DNA of 64,000 nt, from NCBI GenBank assembly GCA_001662655.1, contig KV460241.1; one strand, given 5' to 3'. The translations under genes were made by a program, and so were the position numbers. Under the pieces are notes generated by a model. The model made no database searches and had not been told where the DNA came from. It saw nothing but the letters and a program-made list of their open reading frames with translations. Origin of the DNA: Pseudogymnoascus verrucosus. Taxonomy: Eukaryota. Positions 13,384 to 27,078 of this stretch are shown here, piece after piece. How positions within the stretch are numbered: position 1 is the first letter of the stretch; every line of letters starts with the position of its first letter.

Positions 13384-16300
13384 ATGGCGTCGGTAACCTC
13401 ACTGGGGCTTCATTACCCCACGGCTCTACAATACTTACAACAGGAGCATCTGCTGTCTGAGGACCCGGCGCCCGATACCTATGAGTGGCAAACAATAGCC
13501 AATGATGACGAAGGAGTTGCTGGCTACGATGAACTCGTCACTACGAAAACTTGTGTCGTCTGGTGTAGAGGTGGAATCGTCCGAAAGAGCTTTCGATTTG
13601 AGATTGAAGACGAACCGGTCACCCAAGCACTTCTCACGAGTTTCTCGACAGAGCACACGAAAAGGCATTTTGACCGAAATAAGACAGCTTCTGCCGATTC
13701 CCAACCCCACCACGCGGATGCGGAACGGACGACTACACTGGATGAGGAGCACAGCCGGTCAAAAGCCCTTGTGGTGTTTTTAAGGACACAGGCTCATATC
13801 TACTTCCTCTCTGGCACGAGCCATATCGTCCACCTACCATTCGAAGTTGAGCATGCAATTGCCTCTACAAACGGGCTCATTCTGCAAAGGAAACTGCAGT
13901 CCGAAAAGCTGGCGCCATTGTCATTGAAGTTTCCTCGCGTCCCGCCGAATTCCTTTATGACTTCTCAGCCGCAACCATGGTCTGCAGCTAGTTCAATCCA
14001 ATCTACATTCTCTATTGCAAGCCTCGGCTCTCCACAGCAGCTTAACTTGCCGCCGACATCTTTACTGGGTGACTTATGGCAATCTCCACCTCGCAAAGAT
14101 GATTCTCGCTGGCCCCGACTTTTTTCGCTCACGGATCCGCTCGCGGAACTAGGTCTCGTTGTGGCATCTGCGAAGGTTAACGGTGCCAGGAGGTCATCGC
14201 TGAGGGCTGTAGCCATAGACCCTGCTGACGAAATTATCCATGTGACTGATCCTCATAACGTTACTGAAACGAATATGGATGTCGAGGGTTCAGTTACACT
14301 TGCTGTCACTCTGAACCGAGAAACGAGCATGTATACAGTCTGGACAATGGAATATGTGAACCAAGAAGAACCACTTGTTAGAAAGCCATCAAGGACGAGT
14401 GATGTAAAGCCTCGCCGCCGAAGCTCATTCATGCCAGGCACCGGTGCAACAACCCCAGTTGCAAATACCCAACATACCTTTCGAGAGAGTTTTGGAGGTG
14501 CCGGTGCTGGTATTAGCATACTGAAGCCTTCGAAGAGGAGAGAAGACGACGCAGTCAAACAAAATGTCGATTTTGTTTCCTCTTTGGATCCAGACTCGGA
14601 AATCAACGGTGTTCCGAGGAGGAAATCAAGACGTGTGAGCTCAATGTTAGCAAGAGGCGACCTTTCGGCCTCGGCATCTCACGATCGATCGATGTTCTCG
14701 GAAATGAGCACCGTGGGACAACAACCTAATCCACGTGTGGATTCCATGGGGGGCCACAACGGCAGGGCCAGCTTTGGATTTCACAAGGGATTCAAGAATT
14801 CTACTTCGAACCAGCTTCCGCTTAATTCTAGTGTCAATAGCTTTCTTGAGGCTCCGATTGATGACCTTCTGGAGGAACTGAAGGCTGGAGGAGACTTTGA
14901 AGGGTTTCACAATATGGGACTTGAAGATGAAGACTTCGAGGGTCTCAGGAAGGAGATCGTGTTCACGAAGATCGAATCCATACCTGTCGAACGCAGCAAC
15001 TTACGATATTCAACCCAACACAAACCAGCGCAGAGCCAATGTCGAGTTTTCACTTTGGCTGCTCCATCAAGCTCTCTGCAACGAAACCAAATTTTCCTCT
15101 GTATACTCGATCCCGAGGAGAAGAAATTTGTTGTTGTTACCCTCAATTCAACATTGAGTAAAAAGAAGCGAACACCTCAGGGTGCACAGAAAGCCAAAAA
15201 GCAGAATCCAGATGGAACCAAGGACCCAGTTGTTAACTGGGGCGATGTCGTCAGGGCAGATCATGTCATAGATGCTTGCAAGGTATTTGACGGAGGAATT
15301 TCCCGAATTCTAGTTCTGTCGGAGACAACGGATGGGTTCGGAGAACTGACACTACAAGCACCATGGGGATTACTGATGAAAATATCTGTTCCAGATAGGC
15401 TGGTAATGAATAACATCTTAAGCCTCGGGTATAATGGCCAGCCTCACACCAAATCCGAGGAAAATCGGACGAAAATGTTGAGTAGCGGGCCTAGAGCATT
15501 ACGTGGCTTACGAAACCCATTGCCTGGTGGGATGGTGGATATTGTCGACGAAGAGGGTAGATCCCACCAGTTGCACTTGCGGATGGAGGCTCGACTTCCC
15601 CTTGTGAAAAATGTCCTCGATGCCTGCAAATACGTGCTGCCGAATAAAGGCGGAGAAGCCGTTCTTGCTGGGTGGTGGAACATTCGACAGTGGCTTACTG
15701 ATAAACCATACATTGGATGCGACAACGAATGGAGTGCTCTCGTTGTGTCGCTTTTTATTCTTGTGCTGCCGTTTCGAGATTTGCGAGCAAAGCCTCTTCG
15801 TGCTAGCCCGCGAAAACCCCGAGCCGGCTCCGTACGGACTGGCCGCACTGTAGACTCAGCTACAAAGGATGTAGATGACATTCTCCATCGCGAATGCACC
15901 ATGGGGAATTCACTTCCATCCTGGGCTCTCACGAGTGGGTGGGACTGGCTGAGAAAAGAAGACAAACCTAACCTCATAACTCCACCAAAGCCTTTAGGCG
16001 ATGAAAACAGCTTCTTACAAAGACACGTTAATATTGCTCAAGACTATCTTAATACGGCATTGGGCGATGCTGCTGTCGGGGCTAGTGGATATCTACCCAC
16101 TGCCCATAGCCAGAGTCCAGACTTGCGGATGGAGGCCCTTACTCAAATCATCTCAGGACTACACTTATTGCACGAAGAATATAAACTGAACATCGCAACG
16201 GTCGACTCATTAACTACAGGACGTGCCAGCCTGGCATCTGTACTGTCGCAAATGTGCAGATGGATAGGCTGGAACGACTGGGCGGACTCATACGACATTG

Positions 16301-19300
16301 AAGATGCTGTGGCAGAGGGCGTTGCGTTCAATCCCAGTAAGCATATCCGGCCATTCGACAAAGATTGTGTTAACATGTTATAGCAACTGCCACAGTTTTA
16401 GCTCAGCCTTCTCTTCCGCCGTCTATCTACGACTGGATTGAAAAGTCGTTAACTGTGAAGATAAACACGCCATTTATGGCACTTACAGATGTCAAAAATA
16501 GGACGTATAGTAATGGTGGCTCCATAATTGAGCAAGAATCGTCGTCCATCACACCACGGACGTCACTATTCAGAAAGCTATTCACTGTTGTACATCCGAG
16601 CGCGTCGTCAATTGAGATTGTGGAAGCCCTGTACGCAGCTGGTTTCACCACGCATATTTTAGATACCCTTCCGGAGGCTCTTCTCATACCTTTCAGAGAG
16701 GCATTGATCGATTGTCAAAGTCATCTTCAGGTCTCCTGGGGGAGAGAGCTTCTGAGTCTCGTCGGACGAGAAGATGTTAACATGCTCCTTTTCCCCGAAC
16801 AAAGGGAAAGGGTTGCATACGCATCCCCCTTGGCGCCAACACATGAGTCGAGTAATGATGTACATTCGATCTGTTTATCACTTTCGGAACAAGAGACTGT
16901 CGGCGCTTTTGATGGCTCTGCAGAAGTTGATCGGCAATCAATCAGTCGACTCATTTTCAAAGATGATAGGCGGCTCAATGAAGCGGCCAAAATCTTGAAC
17001 ACCTCGAAACCCACTTTGGCCCGCTGCGAACCGGAACCGGACTGGTCAGAGTCCGATTTACTAGAGGCACAGAAGGTACATGTACAGGAATTGGCGGTTC
17101 GAACATTGGCCGTGCCCCCTGGACGAGGACTGTTGTACTTCAGTGCACGGGTTCCCCTTTTGACAGAGAAGTTTCCTATTGGAGGGTTTAACCTTCACTG
17201 TGTGTTCAAACCAGCAAATAACACTGTTGGGGTCGATAAGAATGCATTCACCGAGGAGAAAGTGTGCTGGGCATTTTTCCATGCTGGCGTCTCGGCAGGG
17301 TTGGGCATTTCCCGCCAAGCAAGAGGCATAGATACCTCTTGGATTTTGTTCAACAAGCCTCAGGAATTAAGCAATCGACATGCAGGATTCCTCCTTGCGC
17401 TCGGCTTAAACGGCCATCTTAAATGTGTGGCGAAATGGGTAGCATTTAAATACCTCACCCCTAAACATACCATGACGTCCATTGGCCTGTTGTTGGGATT
17501 GGCAGCATCATATCTTGGGACGATGGATTCTCTTATTACTCGCCTTCTCTCCGTACATGTTACGCGAATGCTACCTCCTGGAGCTGCAGAGCTTAACCTC
17601 TCTCCTCTGACACAGACAACTGGCATCATGGGCATTGGTCTCCTATACTGCAACACTCAACATCGCCGAATGAGCGAAATCATGCTTTCGGAGATTGAGC
17701 ATGTTGAAACTGAAGTGCTGGATGAGCCCCTGAGAAATGAAGGCTACAGACTTGCAGCGGGATTCGCCCTCGGGTTCATCAACCTAGGGAAAGGTTCTGA
17801 TCTTCGAGGTTTACATGATATGCAGTTGACGGAGAGGCTGTTGAAGCTTGCCGTTGGAAGCAAGAAAGTCAACTTGATACATGTCCTCGACAAAGCAACC
17901 GCTGGTGCTGTTATTGCCATTGCTCTCATATTTATGAAGTCTGAAGATCATGCTTTAGCACGGAAGATCGACGTTCCCAGTTCCATTCTTCAATTTGATT
18001 ATATCAGGCCCGACACGTTCCTGCTCCGCACACTTGCAACACATCTGATTATGTGGAGCAAAATTGAAGCAACTGCGTCCTGGATTGAGAAGAATTTGCC
18101 GAGAGAATACAAATTCAAGAGTAGCCTGACCAGCGTCCATCACCTATCAGCCGAAGATTTACCATTTTACAATATACTCGGTGGCCTTTGCTTCAGTATT
18201 GCTCTACGATACAGTGGAACTGGGGACCTTCGTGTTAGAGACCTCCTTGTCCACTATCTGGACCAATTTATGCGCATCTGTGCTCTTCCAGCCTCCAATT
18301 ATGACCAGAAGCTGGCACGGAATACTATTCGGAACTGTCAAGACCTTCTGGCACTTTGTGCGGCTACAGTGATGGCTGGATCTGGTGACCTGGTGGTTTT
18401 CAGGCGCCTCAGAGTGTTGCGTGGCCGCGACGACAACGAGACGCCATATGGAAGCCACATGGCAGCACACGTTGCAATCGGCGCATTGTTTCTTGCTGGC
18501 GGCACTCACACGTTTGGCACGTCGAACCTTGCCATCGCGGCTCTTATGGCTGCTTTCTACCCACTCTTCCCAACTTCGATTTTGGACAACAAATCTCATC
18601 TCCAAGCTTTCCGCCACTTCTGGGTCCTAGCAACAGAAGCAAGGTGTGTGGTAGCACGCGACATTGATACCAATATGCCGGTTTCCATACCCCTTGAGAT
18701 TTCTCTACGCACGGACAAGTTTACCACGGGAACCAACCCTTCGGTGTCAAGACATGCACCTTGTCTTCTCCCTGAGATTGACAATATAATCTCCGTCGGT
18801 ACCGAAAGTCGAGAATTCTGGAACGTGGTGCTCGATTTTGAGAAGAACCCTGATCACTTGAAAGCATTCAAGTCAACACAAACCATATACGTAAGAAGAC
18901 GCCCTGCTTATGATGCAAGTGCGGCGGCTTTCCACGCTACCCTTCAGGCCCTTGATGATACAGATGGAGCAGATCAGCATCCTCTGCAGTGGTTATTTGA
19001 GCTACCGGCATTTTCCATGCTGACAACAGCGGAACGAGCTCTTGTTATTCCGCCGGAGGGCTCTAAGGGACGAGCAGCTCACACGAGCACAGAAGGTACG
19101 CTGGTGGATGCGCGGTTGGTCCTGGAGGAGGCAACGCTTCACAGTGGTAAGAGAGACAGGTTGCAGGGCCTAAAATTACTGTTTGAATGGGCGAACATGA
19201 TGCAGCGAGATGGCAGAGAGATGCAATGGGTTCGGCAGGAGGTTGTAGATAGGCTCAGGGCAAAAGTTTGGATGATGAGCATCGAAGGTGACGATGAGCA

Positions 19301-19307
19301 TCAATGA
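13384..19307 (+). CDS. APC1: Anaphase-promoting complex subunit 1 (BimE/Apc1/Cut4)
   Basis: Two long ORFs joined in frame by intron 16337-16383. PC repeats (HAGFLLALGLNGHL, SIGLLLGLAASY, YRLAAGFALGFINLG) and HLQAFRHFWVLA. Confidence 0.95.
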
Positions 19308-19421
19308 TGGGGTTAGAAACATAGACGGTATACGAATGCAATGATGCAAGGCTATATTCTTGGAACATAGATAGCAACATAGAAACATAATCTGCTACTT
19401 TTCATGATTCATAAGTGACCA

Positions 19422-20132
19422 CTAACTCGGTGGACTCGAAGTTGCAACTGCCTTCCCTTTGCCAGGTGCCTCTTCGAAAAGCTTCGTCCACTGATCTTCC
19501 TTCTTGAATAGCACTATCGCTGTCATTGCACTTGGGTCACCATGGTCTGGGTCTGCGCCTCCTTCTAATAACGCCTGTTGCTGTGTAAGGATCCGCATAT
19601 ATAACTCATAGGGATGTCCTTCTCTAAGGGAAAGCAAATAGAAAAGCAGTACGTGATCGGAAGGAGAGGTTAAATTACCTTAACGACCTCGCTTTCACCC
19701 TTGAAGACCGCACCGGCAAGAGGCGACTGGCCACGGTCATTTAGAGAATTTGGGTTCGCTCCGTGGGCAATAAGAAGCCTGACGAGTTGGGAGTGCCCAT
19801 GATAGGCCGCTAGCATGACCTCCAAATTGTTAGTTGCTGGTAAATGTGTTTCAGGGATAAAGCTATGCCATAACAGACGGGTTCATAAAATGAGAAGTGC
19901 CGCAAAACAGTATGGAGTGTCACTTTATACAGTCGGCGGAACAGAAATAGGAAACAAGCATCGAAGTATAACTTGCTGCACTCACTAAACTGTCTCCTTT
20001 TTCATTTGTCATATTTGCAGGTAACCCAGCCGGTAGGGCTTGTTCGAAGAGGTCTATCTGCCCAGCACGTGCGGCATCGTAAATCCGAGCAGCAAATGCA
20101 ATAGCTTCGGGTGATAGGGAAGGGGCATCCAT
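19422..20132 (-). CDS. Small ankyrin-repeat protein
   Basis: Three exons (introns 19820-19985, 19575-19678) give NEKGDSLVMLAAYHGH...GANPN...GQSPLAGAVFKG...ALLEGGADP. Confidence 0.85.
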
Positions 20133-20466
20133 TTCTTCGGTAATAAACTAGAACTGGTGGGTATAATATCGGTATAGTCTCTAATCTTCGTAAGGGCGAT
20201 CTTAAACGTGCAGGTGAGACTAAATCAATGATACCGGTGTCGATGTCGTGATGGTGTTCACGCATCATATCTCAGCCTTGCGGATGGTGTTGGGTCGGCT
20301 AGCCTCGGGACTAGCCTCGGCAACTTCGCGCGGAAAGCACTGTCTGTACGTCAGTCAGCCTTGCCCTCTGAGCCTTTAATTATTGTGATATAGGGACTTC
20401 ACAACATCCTTCACTTTAACCCCCCCAACCCTTCAACCTCGATCTCCCACCATCAATTCGCCCACA

Positions 20467-21462
20467 ATGGTCCAAATCCTCCCTCTGCTTAACCGCAGCG
20501 CAACCCGCAGCCTCCGTTTCCTCGCACGCCCTTCAACCGCCCGCTTCTATTCCGCGCCTGCAGGCCCTCAAATCCTCGTCACCGACCTCCCAGCGCCCTC
20601 CACCGGCCGCATCCGCGTTCTCTCCCTGAACCGCCCATCTGCTCGAAATGCCCTCTCTCGCTCTCTCCTCGCAGACCTGCGTGCTCAAATCGACGAGATC
20701 GCCGCGGAGTACGATTCTGAGGGCAACGAGACTCCGATACCGAAGACATACGGCGGCGCGGCAGGCCCCAATGAACGCGGACGCACACGTGCTCTTATCC
20801 TCACTAGCGAGGTAGAGACATGTTTCTGCGCTGGAGCGGATCTTAAGGAGCGCGCGGGCATGAGCCAGGAGGAAACCAATGCGTTCCTCGCGAACCTACG
20901 AGGCACATTCTCTGCCCTTGCAGCGCTGCCCATTCCCACAATTGCGGCTGTGTCGAGCATGGCTTTGGGTGGAGGTTTGGAGCTGGCTCTGTGTGCGCAT
21001 CTGCGCGTGTTTGCGTCGACTGCTATCGTGGGACTGCCGGAGACGAGGCTGGGCATAATTCCGGGAGCTGGTGGAACCTACCGTCTGCCTGCTGTTATTG
21101 GACAGAACCGCGCGAGGGATATGATTTTGACCGGCCGACGTGTGAGCGCCCCGGAGGCGTATTTCTTGGGTCTGGCAGACCGCTTAGTTGAGGTCGTGGA
21201 GGCGGAGGGAACAAAAGAGGGAGAGGAGGATAAGACTCTGCTAAAGAGGGCTGGAAAGGAGGCCCTCAGCGAGGCGGTTAGACTTGCACAGGAGATCTGC
21301 TCGGGAGGCCCGGTGGCAACGAGGGCTGCGATTCAGGCTACGGCGTGGTGCAGGGAGGATATGGAGAACAAGGCGTATGAGACTGTTGTGGCAACGGAGG
21401 ACAGGGATGAGGCGCTCAAGGCATTCAGGGAGAAGAGGGTACCGGTATTCAAGGGGAGGTAA
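20467..21462 (+). CDS. Mitochondrial enoyl-CoA hydratase/crotonase (methylglutaconyl-CoA hydratase, AUH-like)
   Basis: Presequence-like N-terminus; FCAGADLKER, ALGGGLELAL, GLPETRLGIIPGAGGT. Confidence 0.9.
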   Translation: MVQILPLLNRSATRSLRFLARPSTARFYSAPAGPQILVTDLPAPSTGRIRVLSLNRPSARNALSRSLLADLRAQIDEIAAEYDSEGNETPIPKTYGGAAGPNERGRTRALILTSEVETCFCAGADLKERAGMSQEETNAFLANLRGTFSALAALPIPTIAAVSSMALGGGLELALCAHLRVFASTAIVGLPETRLGIIPGAGGTYRLPAVIGQNRARDMILTGRRVSAPEAYFLGLADRLVEVVEAEGTKEGEEDKTLLKRAGKEALSEAVRLAQEICSGGPVATRAAIQATAWCREDMENKAYETVVATEDRDEALKAFREKRVPVFKGR

Positions 21463-21818
21463 AGAAAGTTAAAGAAGTTGTATGATATAGATATATACCT
21501 ACCGATTAAAATTGAATAAAATTGAAAGGAATCTAGCTGCCCAGTGACGAATATTGATAATGATCGGCTTGTTGACCATAAACCGGACGTGATTTGATTT
21601 TAGATTCAACCGGATATAGCTCTATAAAGGGATCGAGATGTGCAGGAAATCTTTGGCGTAGCCGTCACAAACAGGGATTCTACATGAGACGATCCATTTA
21701 CAAGATGTTTCATATTCTACAATCTTGCTATTGTATTGTACATCATTTTGAGGTCGCTATTAAGATCTATGAGTTTTTATCGTATTCTTGAACGCCTCAT
21801 GACAATGCCAAACTCTTC

Positions 21819-23707
21819 TTACTCATCCATTCCCGGACCAGGACCTCCCTGCCTGCCCATCTGCCTAGCCTTCAACATCTCGTCACACAACAACAGATTC
21901 GATGCGATACCAGAGCTGCTTGCCACCGAGTTTCTCAACACACGGAATGAATCGTATACACCCTCCAGAATTGGATCCATCGGCTCACCAGATGATAGGT
22001 CGAGACCGGCAATGTTTCCGTCGGAGTACTCCTCTTGGAGGCCAACCACTAGTAAATGTTAGTTTTCGAGTCCCTTATTACTGGCAGAGAAGAGGACACT
22101 TACGGGAATCCTGGACATCGTGACCAGAGTTGGCAGCCAGAGTCTTGGGAATGATCAACAGCGCATCGGCGAAAGCCTGGACACCCCACTTGGCCTTGCC
22201 CTTAACTGTCTTGCGGAACGCATCGCTGTTAAGATGTGCGGCACATGCAACCTGGAAAGCTCCGGCACCAGGGACAACGCTCTTATCCACGATCATGTTA
22301 TAAACACTGCGAAGACCGTCGCGCACGGCATCCGAAATTTGGGTGATAGTATGTTGGTTGGGTCCCTTGATGAGGAGGGTGACGGACTTCGGGTCCTTGA
22401 CCTCATCAATGAATGTGTACTTCTCCTCACCAAGCTGGTGCTCGTAGACACGGCCTGCCCAGCCCAAAACTTCAGGGGAAAGGTCATCAACACTGTTCTG
22501 TGCAATACCGCCACAGATAAGTTGAAGCCTCTCCATGTTTCTGCGCTTGGCTCTGCGGAGGGCGAAGATGCCGTTCTTGACGAGAACGTCGAGGGAGAGA
22601 GGGTCGATACCCTTTTGGTTGATAATGACGAAGCCCTTCTTCGGGTCGTCGCCGCAAACCTCCTTCTTAAGCCCAACAATCTTGCGAAGCTTCTCATCCA
22701 CGAAACGCCTCTCGCTCTCGACGAGCTTATCCCTCTGCTCGGCACTGGAGTAGTAGAAGCTGGAGTTGATCTCGGACTTCTCATATTCTAAGCTGACATT
22801 CAACGATAGAATAAAGGCGTTCTCGACATGCTTCTGCATATCAGGGTGGCGTGCACCGTGATCCAAAGCCAGTCCACGGATCAGTTGCGTCTCAGAGGCA
22901 GTACGATGCTGCATCTTCATGATCTCAACCATATGTAAATCGGGCTTTGCCGGTGCCTGGTAGATGGCAAGGACAGCATCGACGATATCTGGGGTAAGCT
23001 TGTTGGCGAGGGTGGAGTTGAGCTTGGTTGACAGGGAAGTGCGTGCAACGGAAAGGAGTAATTCGCGGTCGACTTCTCTCTCGAGCTTGAATCCGTCCAG
23101 GAACTGCAAATATGTCAGCAACCGAAATGATGCCACCCGCGCAATGAATCCCATACCTTAAGCGCCTCGTTCTTCGCAATCTCGAAACCATCGGTGATAA
23201 CCCTGGGGTGTAGTCCTTCCGAGATGTGTCTGTCGGCCTGCTTCAAAAGCTCTCCCACTAATAATACAACTGAGGTCGTGCCATCTCCACAGATATCATC
23301 TTGAGCGGTCGCTGCTCTGGCGATCATAACTGCTGTAGGGTTTTGGATCTGCATCTCACGGAGGAGAACGTTGCCATCTTTTGTGAGTTTAATCTGTTGA
23401 TATATTCGTCAGTTCCGTCAAGTATAGCTCTATCGAGGGGTTCGTACTCCACCGGCACCGTCAACCAGCCTAAAGTAGAAGTTAGCAGCCATTCGTCGTC
23501 TTTTGGAGCTTGTCTCTTACATCTTTATTGTCCCCGTGGGACCCAAGTTCGACTTTAAAACATCTTGCAGTCCCTCACCAGCATTAATGTTGACCTTAAG
23601 AGCTTCTCCTCTCCGCTGTAAATTATTAGCAACCCGCTGTGAATCGGGGGGTAGGGTAAGCATACTCTCGACTCCGCCTTGGGGTTCAGAAGCTGTGCTG
23701 CGGACAT
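21819..23707 (-). CDS. CCT6: T-complex protein 1 subunit zeta (CCT6)
   Basis: [14 protein letters not shown] start, [31 protein letters not shown]. Several introns including a 22-nt exon at 23448-23469. Confidence 0.97.
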
Positions 23708-24002
23708 CTTGATGGTCGGAGCAGAGTTCTAAAATTTATATCGAGGCAGATGTCCTGTTTTGTGTGGCTGATAAGAGCTGCTTTCAGCTATTACACACGT
23801 CGATTCGCGTTCTATAATTTCTATGCCTCGCGACTATTCACCAAAAAGCCTCTATACCGGATTAGGCCGCACGCATGGACGCCAATCACGTGACCACTCG
23901 TATGTATTACAGCTCCTTCCGAGTTTGTTTGTATGTTAATCGTAGCAATTTGGCATACTATAACATATGTCGTTCTAAATTGCCAAAGCGGTATCTACGA
24001 CC

Positions 24003-26134
24003 ATGTTTTTGCGAATAAGGCCGAGCCTGTTGGCCTTGCCCTTCGTCATTGGAGTGACTGCCGGCTTCTGGCCCTTCCACACCCAAGTTGATGCTCTGGA
24101 ATCAGACGCGACGAGCGATGTCAAGCAGATCGCGATTATAGGTGCGTGAATTTATTTAATATTTAATAAAGTCTATATCGCGTTATTATTTACCTATACG
24201 ATCTTGAGAATTCAATCCGAAGGCGTCAATCAGAATTGACCCATAGTTCTGATATATGGCCTTCAATCATATCCCTATCTCTTAGGGGTCAGTTCACACC
24301 CATCTCACTAGCACATGCTTAGTCTTTGCAATGATATGTGTGTCACTCAGATTCTTGATTGTCTGTCACTGAGGATTCTATGGATTATGCTAGTTTCCAG
24401 ATAGGGGTTATAAATTGCTTTGTCACGTTTTACTCTGATGCTACTACGAGCCCCTTAACCCCATGCTCTATTCGGTACGGGCAAGCCTCAAGCTGCCAAA
24501 TGATACCACTTTTTATCAGGAACTCTCCGGGCATAATATGGGCTTTATAAACCCTACAGTATGACATTGGGATTCGCATACAGAAGCTAATTCCAACCCC
24601 TAGGTGCTGGCTCTGCTGGTTCATCCACGGCCTACTACCTCCACAAGCTGGCCCAAGAAGAAGGCATCGAAGTGAACATAACAGTCTTCGAACGCTCGTC
24701 ATACGTTGGTGGCCGGTCAACAACTGTTGACGCTTATGATGACCCTGCTCACCCTGTTGAATTGGGCGCATCCATCTTCGTTTCCGTCAATGAGATTCTT
24801 ATGAACGCCACCAAAGAATTTGGTCTCGATCTCAAACCTCTTTCCGACGAAGAAGAACACGAGACTATCGGGATCTGGAATGGCGAAAAGTTCGTCCTAT
24901 TGCAAACATCAGGAGGCTGGGAGTGGTGGAATAATGCCAAAATGCTCTGGAAGTATGGAATGTCACCGATCCGCGCCAACAAACTGATGAAGGCTACCGT
25001 GGGAAAGTTTTTGAAGCTGTACCAGGAACCATTCTTTCCGTTTAGGTCACTGTCAGAGAGAGTGATAGAGTTGGATCTTGTCAGCGCCACTGCGGTCACT
25101 GGCGATGAGCTACTGGCATCGAACTCTGTCTATCCACCTTTCACCACAGACATTATCCAAGCGTTCACTCGCGTCAATTACCTACAGAACCTGGGGGTTA
25201 TCCATGGCTTAGAGACGATGGTCTCCATGGCTACTGATGGCGCCACACAAATTAGGGGCGGAAATTGGCAGATCTTCGACCGCATGCTGAATGCCTCGGG
25301 GGCAACAGTCTACCTCGATACCGCCGTTTCCTCTCTGGAGAAGAACAGTGGACGGTATACTCTTACCGCCAAGCCCGCAAAAGCAGCATGGAATTCTGCA
25401 GCATCGAAACAACAGTTTGATAGTGTTGTGATCGCCGCGCCATTCCAATATTCCGGCCTAAAGCTCTCTGATGGACTCGTCGAGAAAAACCCCGATGAGA
25501 TACCATATGTTCAGCTGCATGCTACTCTCTTCACAACACCTTTGAAGTTGGATGGTAGCTATTTTGGCCTGAAGCCTGGTGACGTTGTGCCTACAACAGT
25601 GTATACCACGCTGTCGCCTTCTGACGATCCAACGAGCAGGACGGACATTGTAGGAAAGGCGGGGTTCTTCAGCATCAGCGCTCTCCGTAGTGTCACTCAT
25701 CCCACATCAGGCCGAAAGGAGTTCATTTATAAGATATTCTCTTCCGAGGCTGTCACCAATGAGTTTCTTGGAAGTCTATTTGGAATCACATGTAAGCCTC
25801 CTTCCCAATCTGTGTTCTCCTATCCTACTAACGTGTATATGCAGTACCCGAAGTCAAGAGCCTGGCAGATTCCCCGAACGACGACATAACCTGGTTTTAC
25901 CCGCATGTCTGGAACAGCTATCCGTATGAATACCCAAGGGTCACCTTCGAAGACATCGAATTGGCACGCGGACTATATTATACGGCTGGAATCGAGAGCT
26001 TCATAAGCACTATGGAGACGAGCGCCTTAATGGGCAAGAATGTCGCTCAGCTTCTTGTTGAAGATTTCACGGAGGTGTTGGGAGGTGAGAAATCTGAACA
26101 GAAGGAGAAGAGTAATGTGATCGAGGAGCTGTGA
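24003..26134 (+). CDS. Prenylcysteine oxidase/lyase (FAD-dependent), ER/secretory
   Basis: Signal peptide; IIGAGSAG FAD motif split by intron 24142-24603; VELGASIFV; second intron 25792-25844; ESFISTMETSALMG; C-terminal IEEL. Confidence 0.9.
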
Positions 26135-26387
26135 GGCGGGATAATAAGATAGCTTTGCTTCATTTCGTGTAGGAAGGGTTAGAGCCGGTGCGTTGGGGGT
26201 ACAAGCGTATACTTTGCAGCATTATTTTTAATAGTCTCACTTCATTTCACTGCGAGTTTCACGGTCTTTCCATCACTGTGAGAGTTTCATGTGTCATAAA
26301 GCCATCGATTGGTACTATCAACTACGAAGCACATCATTGACTCCATTCCCTTGTACAAGCACCTCGCTCGCCATCCCGAATCAGCAT

Positions 26388-27078
26388 TTAAGCCTGGGTG
26401 GTCTTGGCGGCAGCCTGGTTGGGGTTGACCTTCTTGCCGTCCTTGTTGTAGCGAACACGTGGGGGAGGAGCACGGTTGCGGCGGCCCTCGCGGGAGCGGA
26501 CACTATAGGCACCATGTCAGTACATATATTCGTTTACTTACTACGGGCGGATCTAAGGGTTGAAGCCCGAAGTTCGACGCCCGACCAAGGTTCATCTCAA
26601 GGATTGACATACCGGACAATCTTGCCGTGAATGGCGCAAGAGACACAGTATTGCAGCTTGAGGTACATCTTGGGGACAGTGTATTCAGGGAACACCGAGG
26701 CGTCCGAGATATCACCTGCGAATTGTCAGCGAATTGTCCATTGGTGAAGTATGGTCCTCCCTTCTGGTCCCTTCTCTGTTGCACTAGTATTCGTAGAAAG
26801 CTCGTACGCAGAGATAGAGCCCCAGTAGGTCGTAGGGTAAGAACGTACGGATGGCGGCAGACTCGACCATGTTGCGGATGGTAAATCTCTTGATTGCCTT
26901 GTCCTTTGGGGTGCAACGGGAGCAGTTGGAGCAGCGAATCGGGTTCACGTGTCCACGTCCATTCTTGTTACGTCCACTATAGGCCTCGTCGTTAGTTCCG
27001 GTTCTGTTTGGCTTGTCCAATGCGATGGTGATAACCACGAATCGAGGAAACATACTTGGACGCGCGCTTCTTGACCAT
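26388..27078 (-). CDS. RPS26: 40S ribosomal protein eS26
   Basis: [18 protein letters not shown]...[18 protein letters not shown]...[12 protein letters not shown]; three coding-region introns plus a 5'UTR intron at 27090-27142. Confidence 0.97.
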
